From a candidate division WOR-3 bacterium (GTDB taxonomy: Bacteria > Hydrothermota > UBA3072), in assembly GCA_039804165.1 (NCBI GenBank), contig JBDRZZ010000008.1:448-64447 (forward strand): a DNA stretch of 64,000 nucleotides, in the 5' to 3' direction. Shown one piece after another: positions 36,202 through 45,374 of the stretch. Positions within the stretch are counted from its first letter, which is position 1; each line of letters opens with the position of its first letter. A model generated the notes under the pieces. The model worked only from the letters and a program-made list of their open reading frames with translations, ran no database searches and had not been told where the DNA came from. Made by a program: the position numbers and the translations under genes.

Positions 36202-36840
36202 GTGGATATCCTTAATGGATTAAAAGAAAGTGTAATTTCAGGAAATGAAACAAAGGCATTGGAGTGGACCCAAAAGGCCTTAGAAGAAGGAGTGGATATT
36301 GAGAGGATGTTAAAGGAAGGGTTCATTCCTGCTATGGAGATTGTAGGAAGTAAGTTCCAGGCGAATGAGATTTATGTTCCAGAGATGTTAATGTCTGCAA
36401 GAGCAATGAAAGCAGGGATGAAGTTGCTTAAGCCTTTATTGACTCAAAGAGGGATTGAGCCTATAGGGAAAGTTGTTATTGGAACCGTTAAAGGAGACCT
36501 CCATGATATTGGGAAGAATTTGGTCGCGATGATGTTGGAAGGAGGAGGTTTTGAAGTTTTTGATGTTGGAGTGGATGTTCCACCTGGAAAATTTTTGGAT
36601 ACGGTAAGGGAAAAGAAAGCAGATATTCTTGGCCTTTCTGCTTTACTCACAACAACGATGGTGGAGATGAAGAATGTTATAGAAGTTTTTAAAGAAAGTG
36701 GTTTAAGGGAGAAGATTAAGATAATTGTGGGAGGCGCTCCTGTAAATGCGGATTATGCTAAAGAAATTGGAGCTGATGGCTATGCGCCTGACGCCGCATC
36801 TGCTGTGAGGTTGGCTAAATCTCTATTAGATAAAAGATGA
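36202..36840 (+). CDS. mtaC: Corrinoid (cobalamin)-binding protein of the methyltransferase-cognate type (MtaC/MtmC-like)
   Basis: GTG start after GAGGAGGG. It has an N-terminal helical cap plus a B12-binding Rossmann domain with 'GDLHDIGKN' (DxHxxG) and 'GLSALLTTTM'. The symbol is inferred only from adjacency to the MtaB-like gene. Confidence 0.7.
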   Translation: MDILNGLKESVISGNETKALEWTQKALEEGVDIERMLKEGFIPAMEIVGSKFQANEIYVPEMLMSARAMKAGMKLLKPLLTQRGIEPIGKVVIGTVKGDLHDIGKNLVAMMLEGGGFEVFDVGVDVPPGKFLDTVREKKADILGLSALLTTTMVEMKNVIEVFKESGLREKIKIIVGGAPVNADYAKEIGADGYAPDAASAVRLAKSLLDKR

Positions 36841-38210
36841 AAAAGTATAATTCTTTAGCTTATAAGAAAGCTCAGGATATTTGGTTTGGGAGATCTCTTC
36901 ACCCTTTAGTTTGTGGTTTTGGTCTTAGAATTGGAGATGGGAAAGTTTTTCCAGAGATTAATTATACCTTACCTCCTATGAGTGTTTCTATGAATAACAT
37001 TGAGGAAATAGAAAAACAATATGACTTTATGGTGAAAGGTATTCTTAAGAGAGCTGTAACTTTACAGGTTCCTGGAATAGTCCTTGAGTTTGAGCATCTC
37101 CCTCCTATGACAGATATTTTAGAGATTGGGGTTAGAATAACAAAAAAGACAAAGGAAATAATGAAAGATTTTTATGATAAATATGGTCTTAATTCAGCTT
37201 TAAGAGTTACAATTTGTGATACAAGGGAAGAAGAGCGTCCTCCTAAGATGAGAAGTGGACAAGCTATAAAAAGAATTTTTTCTTCTTTTCTTGAAAATGC
37301 TTATTCGGGAGGAGACTTACTCTCTATAGAATCTATAGGAGGAAAAGAGGTGAACGATAGAGCTTTAATGGAGGGAAATGTTGCAGGGATTCTTTTTTCC
37401 TTAGGTGTTCTTGCTCCAAGAGATATGCATTTTTTGTGGAAGGAAATTAATGAGATTGCAAAAGAGACAAACACAGTCCCTGCAGGAGATTCTGCCTGTG
37501 GTCTTGCAAATACAGCTATGATGCTTGCCGATAGGGGTTATATTCCTGAGGTTCTTGCAGCTACAATTAGGGCAATGTCTTCTGTTCGCTCTCTTATTGC
37601 TTTTGAAGAAGGAGCAGTTGGACCTTCTAAGGATTGTGCTTATGAAGGTCCTATAATTAAAGCGATCACAGGTTATCCAATATCTATGGAAGGAAAGTCT
37701 TCTGCTTGCGCACATTTGAGTCACTTGGGAAATATTGCTGGTGCGGTTTGCGATCTTTGGAGCAATGAGTCTATTCAGAACATAAAGCTTTTAGCGGATT
37801 ACGCTCCTATAGTCTTTACTGAAATTTTAGCTTATGATTGTCGAGTTATGAATACAGCAATAGAAAATGATCAAGATAAAGTTTTACAAGAACTTCTTAT
37901 TAAAAGCGATGAGCTTAAAAATGTTCAAGCTTTTATTATTTCTCCAGAAAATTCTTTTGAAATTGCAAAGGTAATTGTTGAGGAAAAAGACGATTTCTTA
38001 CGAACCAGACTGGCAGGATTAAAAGCTTGTGAGTTGATTAAAGAGGCGGTAAAAGATAGAAAGCTTACGCTTAGCGATAGAGAATTAAATTGGTTAAACA
38101 AAATTGAAGCAGAAATAGCTAAATATGAAAGGGAGGAAATTTTGATAAAAGAAATGAGTTCATTATATGGAGAATTTTTCTTATTGGATGAATATGGAAT
38201 TGGGTTTTGA
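36837..38210 (+). CDS. mtaB: MtaB-family (methanol:corrinoid-type) methyltransferase
   Basis: 457 aa with a 4-nt overlap with the corrinoid protein gene. Motifs match MtaB as I recall it: 'FPEINY', 'LLSIESIGGKE', 'AGDSACGLANTAM', 'GAVGPSKDCAYEG', 'IKAITGYPISMEGKSSACAH', 'WSNES', 'LAYDCRVMNTA' and a C-terminal 'EYGIGF'. The actual substrate is unknown. Confidence 0.7.
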   Translation: MKKYNSLAYKKAQDIWFGRSLHPLVCGFGLRIGDGKVFPEINYTLPPMSVSMNNIEEIEKQYDFMVKGILKRAVTLQVPGIVLEFEHLPPMTDILEIGVRITKKTKEIMKDFYDKYGLNSALRVTICDTREEERPPKMRSGQAIKRIFSSFLENAYSGGDLLSIESIGGKEVNDRALMEGNVAGILFSLGVLAPRDMHFLWKEINEIAKETNTVPAGDSACGLANTAMMLADRGYIPEVLAATIRAMSSVRSLIAFEEGAVGPSKDCAYEGPIIKAITGYPISMEGKSSACAHLSHLGNIAGAVCDLWSNESIQNIKLLADYAPIVFTEILAYDCRVMNTAIENDQDKVLQELLIKSDELKNVQAFIISPENSFEIAKVIVEEKDDFLRTRLAGLKACELIKEAVKDRKLTLSDRELNWLNKIEAEIAKYEREEILIKEMSSLYGEFFLLDEYGIGF

Positions 38211-38228
38211 GAAGTTGGAGAAAACCCC

Positions 38229-38256
38229 TTGACAAAACTGGAAAAAATGTTAGAAT
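38229..38256 (+). promoter_or_regulatory. sigma70-like promoter of the receptor operon
   Basis: TTGACA (38229-38234), a 16-nt spacer and TAGAAT (38251-38256). An AT-rich leader of about 150 nt precedes the ATG at 38410. Confidence 0.55.
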
Positions 38257-38409
38257 ATTTAACAAATTTGTTAGAAAAATGTTTTTCAAGGTTACTAAAG
38301 GTATGGGGAAAATAATGAGTATTTGTGTGAGGAATAAGATTTCCAATGTTTTTTTAACTCCAAGAAAGTTTTTTCTTAACTTTTCTTTAATCCCAAAAAG
38401 GAGGTTATA

Positions 38410-41400
38410 ATGAGAGGGAGAACTATCTTTATAAAGTTTTTTTCTTTTAAGCTCATAGGTGTTTTTCTATTGTTTTTACTTATTATTCCAACCAATTTAA
38501 GTGGAGCTGTTACTGGTAAAATTGCGGGTATAGTAATAGATGCTCGGACTGGAGAACCTCTTGTTGGAGCTAATGTTGTAATTTTGGGGACTGATAGAGG
38601 AGCAGCCTGTGATGTAGATGGTTATTACTACATACTAAGGTTGGATCCAGGAATTTATGATGTTCAGGCAAGGATGATTGGATATAAGACCGTTACCAAA
38701 GTAGGGGTCAGAGTTGAGTCTGGTCATACGACGCCTCTTAATTTTGAGCTTGAGCCCACCGTTATTCCTGGAGAAGGTGTTACCGTGAAGGCCGAAAGGG
38801 AAATTATAAAACTTGACCTTTCTGGAAGTTCTATTACTGTAGATAAAAGTGAGATTGAAGCAGTTCCTCTTATTTCAGGGGTAACTCAATATTTAAATCT
38901 TCAGGCAGGAATAGAAGGTTGGAGTATTAGAGGGAGTGGGCTGGAGAATACAAAATTGATGGCTGATGGTTTATTACTTGTTGATAATAGAATTAATGAA
39001 CCAATTATGATGCCAAACTTGAGTGAGATAAAAGAGGTTAGTTTGCTTAAAGGTGGGTTTAATGCTGAGTTTTCAAACGTTCGTGCAGGTGTAGTTAATG
39101 TAGTTACAAGAGAAGGGTCTCCCAAAAAGTATGAGGGAACTTTTGAATATAGGTATACTCTAGGGCATCTCAAACATAATAAACCTTCCATCTTTGACCC
39201 TGAGAATTATTATAACAAGATATACTTATGGAATAAACTGGATACAGGATATGTATATACAACAGATCCTAATACAGGCGAGACTCTTTCCTGTGATACA
39301 GTTATCAAATATGATAGTGTTTGTTGGAAGGGTCCTATGAATGTATGGGGAGATAAGAAGAGTCCTTTCTATGATACGGTTAAACAAAAGAGTTGTGCTA
39401 ATCCTTCTTGGAAAGGGTGGATTGGAGAAGCTACAGGAAAGCCAATAACTCCTGAAGCAGCCCGTGATTTGTGGCTCTGGAGGCATCGTATTGATATACC
39501 AAGAACAGATTCACTTTTCTCTATTTATAGTCATGACTCAGCATACATTCCTATATGGGATATTACTGTTGAAGAAGATGGTGATACGACTTATGAACTT
39601 ACAGGATTTAGAAGAGAGCCTTATAAAATTCCAGAAGATCAACCCAGAAGAGGAAAATATGGCGACAAACCTGATATTTCTTTAGATGCAGGATTTGGGG
39701 GACCTGTTCCCTTAGTTGGTAAATATTTAGGAGATTTGAGCTTTTATGCTTCTTATCGCGACTTTAAGGAAGCTTTTCCTCTTCCGGATAGTAGGGAGTA
39801 TTACAGGGAAACTCAAACAAGCTTGAAACTCACCTCGAGGGTTAGAGATAATATGAAAGTGAATTTAAGAGGGGCTTACTCTGTGATTAATTCTCTTTCT
39901 CCATGGGCTACAGGAGAGCAAGTTGGAGCACCTACTAAGGGTTTTATTGGGCAAGTCTATCTTAGGGGAGCTATGGATATGATTATGCCCACCGGAGAAT
40001 GGGGTGGAATTCACCATGGAGGTGATAAGATTAGAAGTAATCCTGTAAACTTATTCAGTTTAACTTCTTTAACACCTTTTGATGTTATTTCAAGAATGTA
40101 TGGGGTTAGTTTCCAACACGTTCTCACAGAGAACACTTTTTATGATATAAGATTAACTTATGTTCGTTCTAATAATGATGCTGAGTTTTGGTATGATCTT
40201 CCAAAAAGGATGAACGATACGGTTCTTGTTTGGTTTGGAGATAAGTTTGATAAAAATGGTGATTGGATTACAGATAGAAACCATTTAGCTCTATATACAG
40301 CGAATAACATACCATATGGATTCCCAGATCCAGATTTTACAATTGACCGTATTGTGGGTGTTGGCTCCACGGTTTGGGGTCCAGCTCAAAACTGTGGAAC
40401 ATACAATAAATCTTGGTCACAGACTTTTAATGGGAAGCTTGATTTTACCTCTCAAGTGAATAAATACAACGAGATAAAATTTGGGTTTGAAGCAAATTAT
40501 GATAAAATTCACGAGTTTTATATAATACATGAAGGATATGGATGGCCCGAAAGAGGAGAGGAAGAAAAATCAAGGGGTTCTTATGTTGTCAGATATGATG
40601 CCTATCCAATCTTAGGAGGAGCTTATATTCAGGATAAAATTGAATTTGAAGGAATGTTTGCAAATATAGGTGTAAGAATTGATGTTGCAGATGCAAATAC
40701 AGAATGGCCTTCAAGGAAGGATAGCGCTTCTATTTATTCTAATTATTACAGTGGTTTTCTAAAAAAGGAACTTTTTGAGCAAGAAGATCTTCTTGTTGAT
40801 GTGCCAGCTTTATGGAAGATTAGTCCTCGAATGGGAATTTCTTTCCCATTCCTTGAGAATAGTAAGTTATTCTTTAACTATGGACATTTCTATTCTCTTG
40901 CTCCAAATGCACAGAGGTTTATGATCTCTTGGGGTAGAGGGACGGAACCTCTTCCGTATATTGGTAACCCCTTCCTTGATATGGCAAGGACAATTTCTTA
41001 TGAAGTTGGTTTTGAGAGTAACATAGCAAATCAGATTCTTGCAAGAGTTACAGGTTATTATAAAGACACTGATAATGAAACAGCACTGGCAAGTTATACA
41101 CTCTCTACCGAAGATCCAAGTATTTCTTATACTACTTTTGAGAATTTGAAATATAGTGATATTAGAGGTTTTGAAGTAGAATTTAGAAAGCCAGCTGGTA
41201 GATTCTTCACAGGTTGGGTTATTTATGATTATCAGGTCCGAAGTGAAGGGAAAATTGGAAGGGAAAAGAACTATGCCTGGGCTGCGGACCAAGCAAAAAC
41301 AGGGCTATATGAACCTGAGCAAACAGAGCCTGTTCCTCAACCTGTTTTTAGAGCTCAGGTTAGTTTTAAAACCCCTAATGATTGGGGAATTCTCTTAGGA

Positions 41401-41865
41401 GGATACAATCTTTCTCTTCTTTACAGTTGGAGAGGCGGTAGATACGGGACCCTTAATCCGTTTGGGATTAGAGAGTTAGGTATTGTTTATCAATTGGAGA
41501 ATAATATTCGCTGGGAGAATGAACGTAATTTGGATTTGAGTTTGAATAAAGTTCTTTCTGTTGGAGGAACAAATCTTACTTTGTTTATGGATGTTCATAA
41601 TGTTTTTGATTGGCAAGAACTCAGTTCTCAGGGATTTTCAAGTGATTATGATGAGACCCAATACCTGAAGTCTCTTCATCTAGAGATATATAATTATGAG
41701 CCGTTTGCAAGTAGAGGATTCGTTGGTCCAAAAGAAGGAGAAAAACCGGATAGAATTGGAGAGCTTAGAAGTGATGAGAAGCCTTACATAAATAATCCTG
41801 ATCGAGAATTTCTAATGTATCTTGATCCAAGGTTTGTTCAGTTTGGGATAAGATTTAGTTTTTAG
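38410..41865 (+). CDS. TonB-dependent receptor-like outer membrane protein with an N-terminal carboxypeptidase-regulatory-like domain
   Basis: The CarboxypepD_reg motif is 'GKIAGIVIDARTGEPLVGANVVILGT...GYYYILRLDPGIYDVQARMIGY'. The plug is 'IRGSGLENTKLMADGLLL...EVSLLKGGFNAEFSNVRAGVVNVVTREG'. A large barrel ends in 'FGIRFSF'. It is 1151 aa. Confidence 0.8.
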   Translation: MRGRTIFIKFFSFKLIGVFLLFLLIIPTNLSGAVTGKIAGIVIDARTGEPLVGANVVILGTDRGAACDVDGYYYILRLDPGIYDVQARMIGYKTVTKVGVRVESGHTTPLNFELEPTVIPGEGVTVKAEREIIKLDLSGSSITVDKSEIEAVPLISGVTQYLNLQAGIEGWSIRGSGLENTKLMADGLLLVDNRINEPIMMPNLSEIKEVSLLKGGFNAEFSNVRAGVVNVVTREGSPKKYEGTFEYRYTLGHLKHNKPSIFDPENYYNKIYLWNKLDTGYVYTTDPNTGETLSCDTVIKYDSVCWKGPMNVWGDKKSPFYDTVKQKSCANPSWKGWIGEATGKPITPEAARDLWLWRHRIDIPRTDSLFSIYSHDSAYIPIWDITVEEDGDTTYELTGFRREPYKIPEDQPRRGKYGDKPDISLDAGFGGPVPLVGKYLGDLSFYASYRDFKEAFPLPDSREYYRETQTSLKLTSRVRDNMKVNLRGAYSVINSLSPWATGEQVGAPTKGFIGQVYLRGAMDMIMPTGEWGGIHHGGDKIRSNPVNLFSLTSLTPFDVISRMYGVSFQHVLTENTFYDIRLTYVRSNNDAEFWYDLPKRMNDTVLVWFGDKFDKNGDWITDRNHLALYTANNIPYGFPDPDFTIDRIVGVGSTVWGPAQNCGTYNKSWSQTFNGKLDFTSQVNKYNEIKFGFEANYDKIHEFYIIHEGYGWPERGEEEKSRGSYVVRYDAYPILGGAYIQDKIEFEGMFANIGVRIDVADANTEWPSRKDSASIYSNYYSGFLKKELFEQEDLLVDVPALWKISPRMGISFPFLENSKLFFNYGHFYSLAPNAQRFMISWGRGTEPLPYIGNPFLDMARTISYEVGFESNIANQILARVTGYYKDTDNETALASYTLSTEDPSISYTTFENLKYSDIRGFEVEFRKPAGRFFTGWVIYDYQVRSEGKIGREKNYAWAADQAKTGLYEPEQTEPVPQPVFRAQVSFKTPNDWGILLGGYNLSLLYSWRGGRYGTLNPFGIRELGIVYQLENNIRWENERNLDLSLNKVLSVGGTNLTLFMDVHNVFDWQELSSQGFSSDYDETQYLKSLHLEIYNYEPFASRGFVGPKEGEKPDRIGELRSDEKPYINNPDREFLMYLDPRFVQFGIRFSF

Positions 41866-41884
41866 AGGTAAAGGAGGTTAAAAA

Positions 41885-44236
41885 ATGAAGCGACTAATTT
41901 TTTTCTTTGGAGTTTTTCTTACTTTTTATAGTTATGCTCAGATGATGAAAAAAATTAGTGTTGGTAAACTGGAGGCAAGGATTTTTGATGATGGAATTCA
42001 AAGCGCTACAAATTTACCAATGAGCCATTGTATTTACGTGAGAGGCTACTATACAGATCCTTGGGATTGGCTTGAAACCACAACTTATTGGCCTGGTGGG
42101 ATGCTTAGAAATGCCTCTATTTTGGTTGGTTGCCGAAACTGGATAGATACTCTTGGGAATAGAGTTCCTTATTATGTGACAGGACATTGTAATCGTGAAT
42201 CTTATGGACCTGGAGATCCTTATCAATTTAATGTTCCTTTCGAGGATGGTCTTACAATTCATCGTTACTCTCGCTATCCTCCACCAGTTGTAAAGGTGGA
42301 TAAGGAACTGGTGAGTCCCCCCTGGGGTTTTCGTGGAGATGTGGTTGATTCTACAAAGGTTTGGGGAACCGCTGATATGATGGTTGAGTGTCATTGGAGG
42401 CTTTCAATTGGAATGGATGTTTATCAAAGAAACCTTGCTTGGAGTCAGCCTGATCACGATGATTATGTAATTTGGGATTTGACATTTGTAAATACAGGAA
42501 ATACAGATAGGGATGAGGAGATTGAGCTACCTGGACAGCGCCTTGATTCTGTTGTAATTATGAGGCATTATGAAGCTTTGCCAAATGGTGGGCTTTATCC
42601 ATTTGGAAGCTGGGCTGGAGTAACTGAGGATCATAATTCTCGTCTTTCCTATCCTTTTAAAGGGGATTCTTTAAGGATTAACTATGTTGCTCTTGCGAGG
42701 AAGGGAGGAATGAATTACGATACTTATGGTCATAAATGCAGTGTTGAGTGGGGTGGAAATCCAGAACTTTTGGATGGTTGTGGATGGACAGGGCATGTAA
42801 TTCTATTTGCTCCTAAAAATCCAAAAGTTCCACAGACTTACCCAATCTCTAATCCTCAAGCAAGTAATGACCCAGCTCAGCCGAGTATGCATAGCACAAT
42901 AGAAGGTTTTTACGGAGTTGTTTATAATCTTCAGGAACTTACGGATTCAAGCGAGTTTCGTCAGGTTTATAGATGTATGAGAATGGGAATTCGCGGATAT
43001 GATGATACGACGAAAGAGGAAGTTAAAAAGGTTCATCTTATGAATGAGGTTTACGATGTCTATGATACAACCGCAACTGGAGCACCGACTTATTATTATC
43101 AACCTCAAGATAGGATGGGAGAAAAGTATATTAAGAGGGGTGCTGTATTTCCAAGGGATTGGGCTTATTATACTTTTTGCACCGCTCCAAAATTTTCAAT
43201 AGGACCATACAATATGGAGTATGGAGACACCATAAGGTTTGTTTTTGCAGTTGTCGCTGGAGCTATTCATAGGAAAACTTCTTATGAGTTAAGTAGATAT
43301 TGGATTAGTGGAAAAGCAAGAGAGTATGGTTGGCTTAAGGATATGGAAATGGATTCAATAAAAGCGGAGTATTTGAGAAGAGATCCTGTCGCTGAGATAT
43401 ATACTCCAATATCAGCTTATAGAAAGATTATATGGCCTGGAATAAATGCTGGTGGAGTTTATACTTGGGAGAATGATTGCGCAAAAGATTATGTTGTTTC
43501 TACAGGGAAAGATTCTCTTTTCAAAAATGGGCTTGCAGCCCAAAGAAATTTCAATATGAACTATAATATTCCTCCATCCCCTCCGCCTCCTAAGATTTTT
43601 AATGTTAACTCAAGCCCTGAAGGGATTAAATTAAGTTGGAGCTATGATACTGATCCAAGTAATCTTGGTGGTTTCAAGATATATAGAGCGATGGGTGGAA
43701 CTTTATATAAAGAGGAAGGAGGGGTTGCTACAGGAGATTGGCAATTAATTGATTCTTTAGGGCCTGAGGTAAGAGAATATATAGATACAATTGGTATTGT
43801 TAGAGGTTATGATTATTATTATTCTATAACAGCAATAAGCACTTCTGGAGTTGAGAGTGGGAAGTGGTTAACAATGACCCAAGAACCATTTGCAGCAAGA
43901 CTTTTGGATCCTCCTGGAATGAGCCTTGATGAAGTAAGAGTTGTCCCAAATCCTCTAAATACGAGACTAGGAATTGATAGAAGCCATTTTAGTGATGATC
44001 AATATAAGATAACTTTTCGTCACCTACCTCCTATCTGCACAATAAGGATTTTTACAGAGTCAGGAGAGCTGGTAAAGACAATAGAACACACAAATGGTTC
44101 TGGCACTGAGTTCTGGCAAGAGTATTGGTATCTCACCACAATTAATAACCAGAGACCGGCAAGTGGTATTTATATAGCTCATATTCAAACCCCAGATGGT
44201 AAAAGCATAGTCCGTAAGTTTATCATAATTAGATAG
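41885..44236 (+). CDS. Hypothetical secreted protein: unknown ~540-aa N-region, FN3 domain and T9SS-type C-terminal domain
   Basis: Signal peptide 'LIFFFGVFLTFYSYA'. The FN3-like segment is 'PPPPKIFNVNSSPEGIKLSWSY...GFKIYRA...YYYSITAISTSGVES'. The C terminus is 'VRVVPNPLN...IRIFTESGELVKTIEH...SGIYIAHIQTPDGKSIVRKFIIIR'. Confidence 0.65.
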   Translation: MKRLIFFFGVFLTFYSYAQMMKKISVGKLEARIFDDGIQSATNLPMSHCIYVRGYYTDPWDWLETTTYWPGGMLRNASILVGCRNWIDTLGNRVPYYVTGHCNRESYGPGDPYQFNVPFEDGLTIHRYSRYPPPVVKVDKELVSPPWGFRGDVVDSTKVWGTADMMVECHWRLSIGMDVYQRNLAWSQPDHDDYVIWDLTFVNTGNTDRDEEIELPGQRLDSVVIMRHYEALPNGGLYPFGSWAGVTEDHNSRLSYPFKGDSLRINYVALARKGGMNYDTYGHKCSVEWGGNPELLDGCGWTGHVILFAPKNPKVPQTYPISNPQASNDPAQPSMHSTIEGFYGVVYNLQELTDSSEFRQVYRCMRMGIRGYDDTTKEEVKKVHLMNEVYDVYDTTATGAPTYYYQPQDRMGEKYIKRGAVFPRDWAYYTFCTAPKFSIGPYNMEYGDTIRFVFAVVAGAIHRKTSYELSRYWISGKAREYGWLKDMEMDSIKAEYLRRDPVAEIYTPISAYRKIIWPGINAGGVYTWENDCAKDYVVSTGKDSLFKNGLAAQRNFNMNYNIPPSPPPPKIFNVNSSPEGIKLSWSYDTDPSNLGGFKIYRAMGGTLYKEEGGVATGDWQLIDSLGPEVREYIDTIGIVRGYDYYYSITAISTSGVESGKWLTMTQEPFAARLLDPPGMSLDEVRVVPNPLNTRLGIDRSHFSDDQYKITFRHLPPICTIRIFTESGELVKTIEHTNGSGTEFWQEYWYLTTINNQRPASGIYIAHIQTPDGKSIVRKFIIIR

Positions 44237-44246
44237 GGAGGGAAAG

Positions 44247-45218
44247 ATGAGAAAGTTTTTATTTTTATTGATTAGCTTAGCTATTACTTCTTACGCTGGG
44301 ATAGAGATTGATAAAGTTGCTCAGACAGGATGTAAATTCTTGGATGTTGGTTTTGGAGCGAGGGCTTGCGGTATGGGAGAAGCTTATACTGTTGTAGGAC
44401 ATGATGCTGATGCTCTTTTTTATAATCCTTCCTGTATTGCTGAAATAGATAATGATGTGGATATTTCAGGTGGTGTAACCTATTGGATTGCAGATATAAG
44501 ACATAGCTATTTATCTATTGTTTATAACACAGGTAATTTTGGAAGTTTTGGCATTAGTGTTGTCTCTCCAAATTATGGAGAAATTTTAGGGACAGAAATA
44601 GCTCCCGAAACTGAAGAAGGTTTTAAAGACACAGATACCTTGGGTGTTTCTGCACTCTGTGTTGGAGTTGCTTATGCGAAAGAATTCACTGAGAAATTTA
44701 CTGTTGGTGCTCAGATAAAATATGTGGCTCAGCATCTTGCAGAGACTTATTCCGAGAATCTTGGGGGGTATAAAGAGAATGAAATTTCTACGCTTTCGTA
44801 TGATTTTGGACTTTTATTTTATCCAGGTTTTAAGAGCTTTGCTTTCGGAATGTTTGTAAGGAATTTCTCTCCAAGAGTCAAATACGAACAGATTGGATTT
44901 GAGCTTCCTTTGACTTTTTCTGTTGGAGTTGGTGTGGATAATCTACTTGATTTCTTTGGGAGTTATCCGGGGATGACCCTCACAGTTGGTGCAGAAATGC
45001 TTCATCCAAGAGATTGGAGAGAAGAATTTAATGTTGGAGGAGAATTTGGATATAATGATATGATATTTTTCCGAGCAGGATATAAATTTAGATATTCTCA
45101 AGAAGGTTTGAATTTTGGAGTTGGTTTGAAAAGTTCTGGGATAAAAATAGATTGGTCTTATAGTGAATTTAAACTTTTTGATTGGATAAATAGATTTTCT
45201 GTAGGATTCTCGTTTTGA
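44247..45218 (+). CDS. PorV/PorQ-family-like outer membrane beta-barrel
   Basis: A signal peptide is present. 'GARACGMGEAYTVVGHDADALFYNPSCIA' resembles the G-x-R-A-x-G-M-G-x-A ... NPA motif of PorV/PorQ and FadL-like barrels. It ends in 'FSVGFSF'. Confidence 0.55.
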   Translation: MRKFLFLLISLAITSYAGIEIDKVAQTGCKFLDVGFGARACGMGEAYTVVGHDADALFYNPSCIAEIDNDVDISGGVTYWIADIRHSYLSIVYNTGNFGSFGISVVSPNYGEILGTEIAPETEEGFKDTDTLGVSALCVGVAYAKEFTEKFTVGAQIKYVAQHLAETYSENLGGYKENEISTLSYDFGLLFYPGFKSFAFGMFVRNFSPRVKYEQIGFELPLTFSVGVGVDNLLDFFGSYPGMTLTVGAEMLHPRDWREEFNVGGEFGYNDMIFFRAGYKFRYSQEGLNFGVGLKSSGIKIDWSYSEFKLFDWINRFSVGFSF

Positions 45219-45374
45219 GGATCCCTTAAAAAGAGGGAATTAAGAGAAGTTTTTAGGCAAGAGTTTTTCCTTATTTAATTGGAATTGAAAAAGGGGAGAG
45301 GTAGTTTTTGTTATTAGGTTTGAAGGAAAGTGTTTAAAAAACTTTTTAAAGAAGATTAAGAAAGGAGAGGTATT

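Noticed and set aside
38207-38410. 67-aa ORF (or a 43-aa version from the ATG near 38279) in the leader of the TonB-dependent receptor gene, ending in a TAATG overlap with its start.
   Set aside because: The first part lies upstream of the predicted promoter. There is no SD before any internal ATG, and the composition is highly basic and AT-driven. A regulatory leader peptide cannot be excluded, but the sequence alone does not support it.
41885-44236. Should the gene after the TonB-dependent receptor be called SusD/RagB?
   Set aside because: It has no lipobox, no TPR-like SusD helical signature that I can see, and carries FN3 plus a T9SS-type C-terminal domain instead. I kept it as hypothetical.
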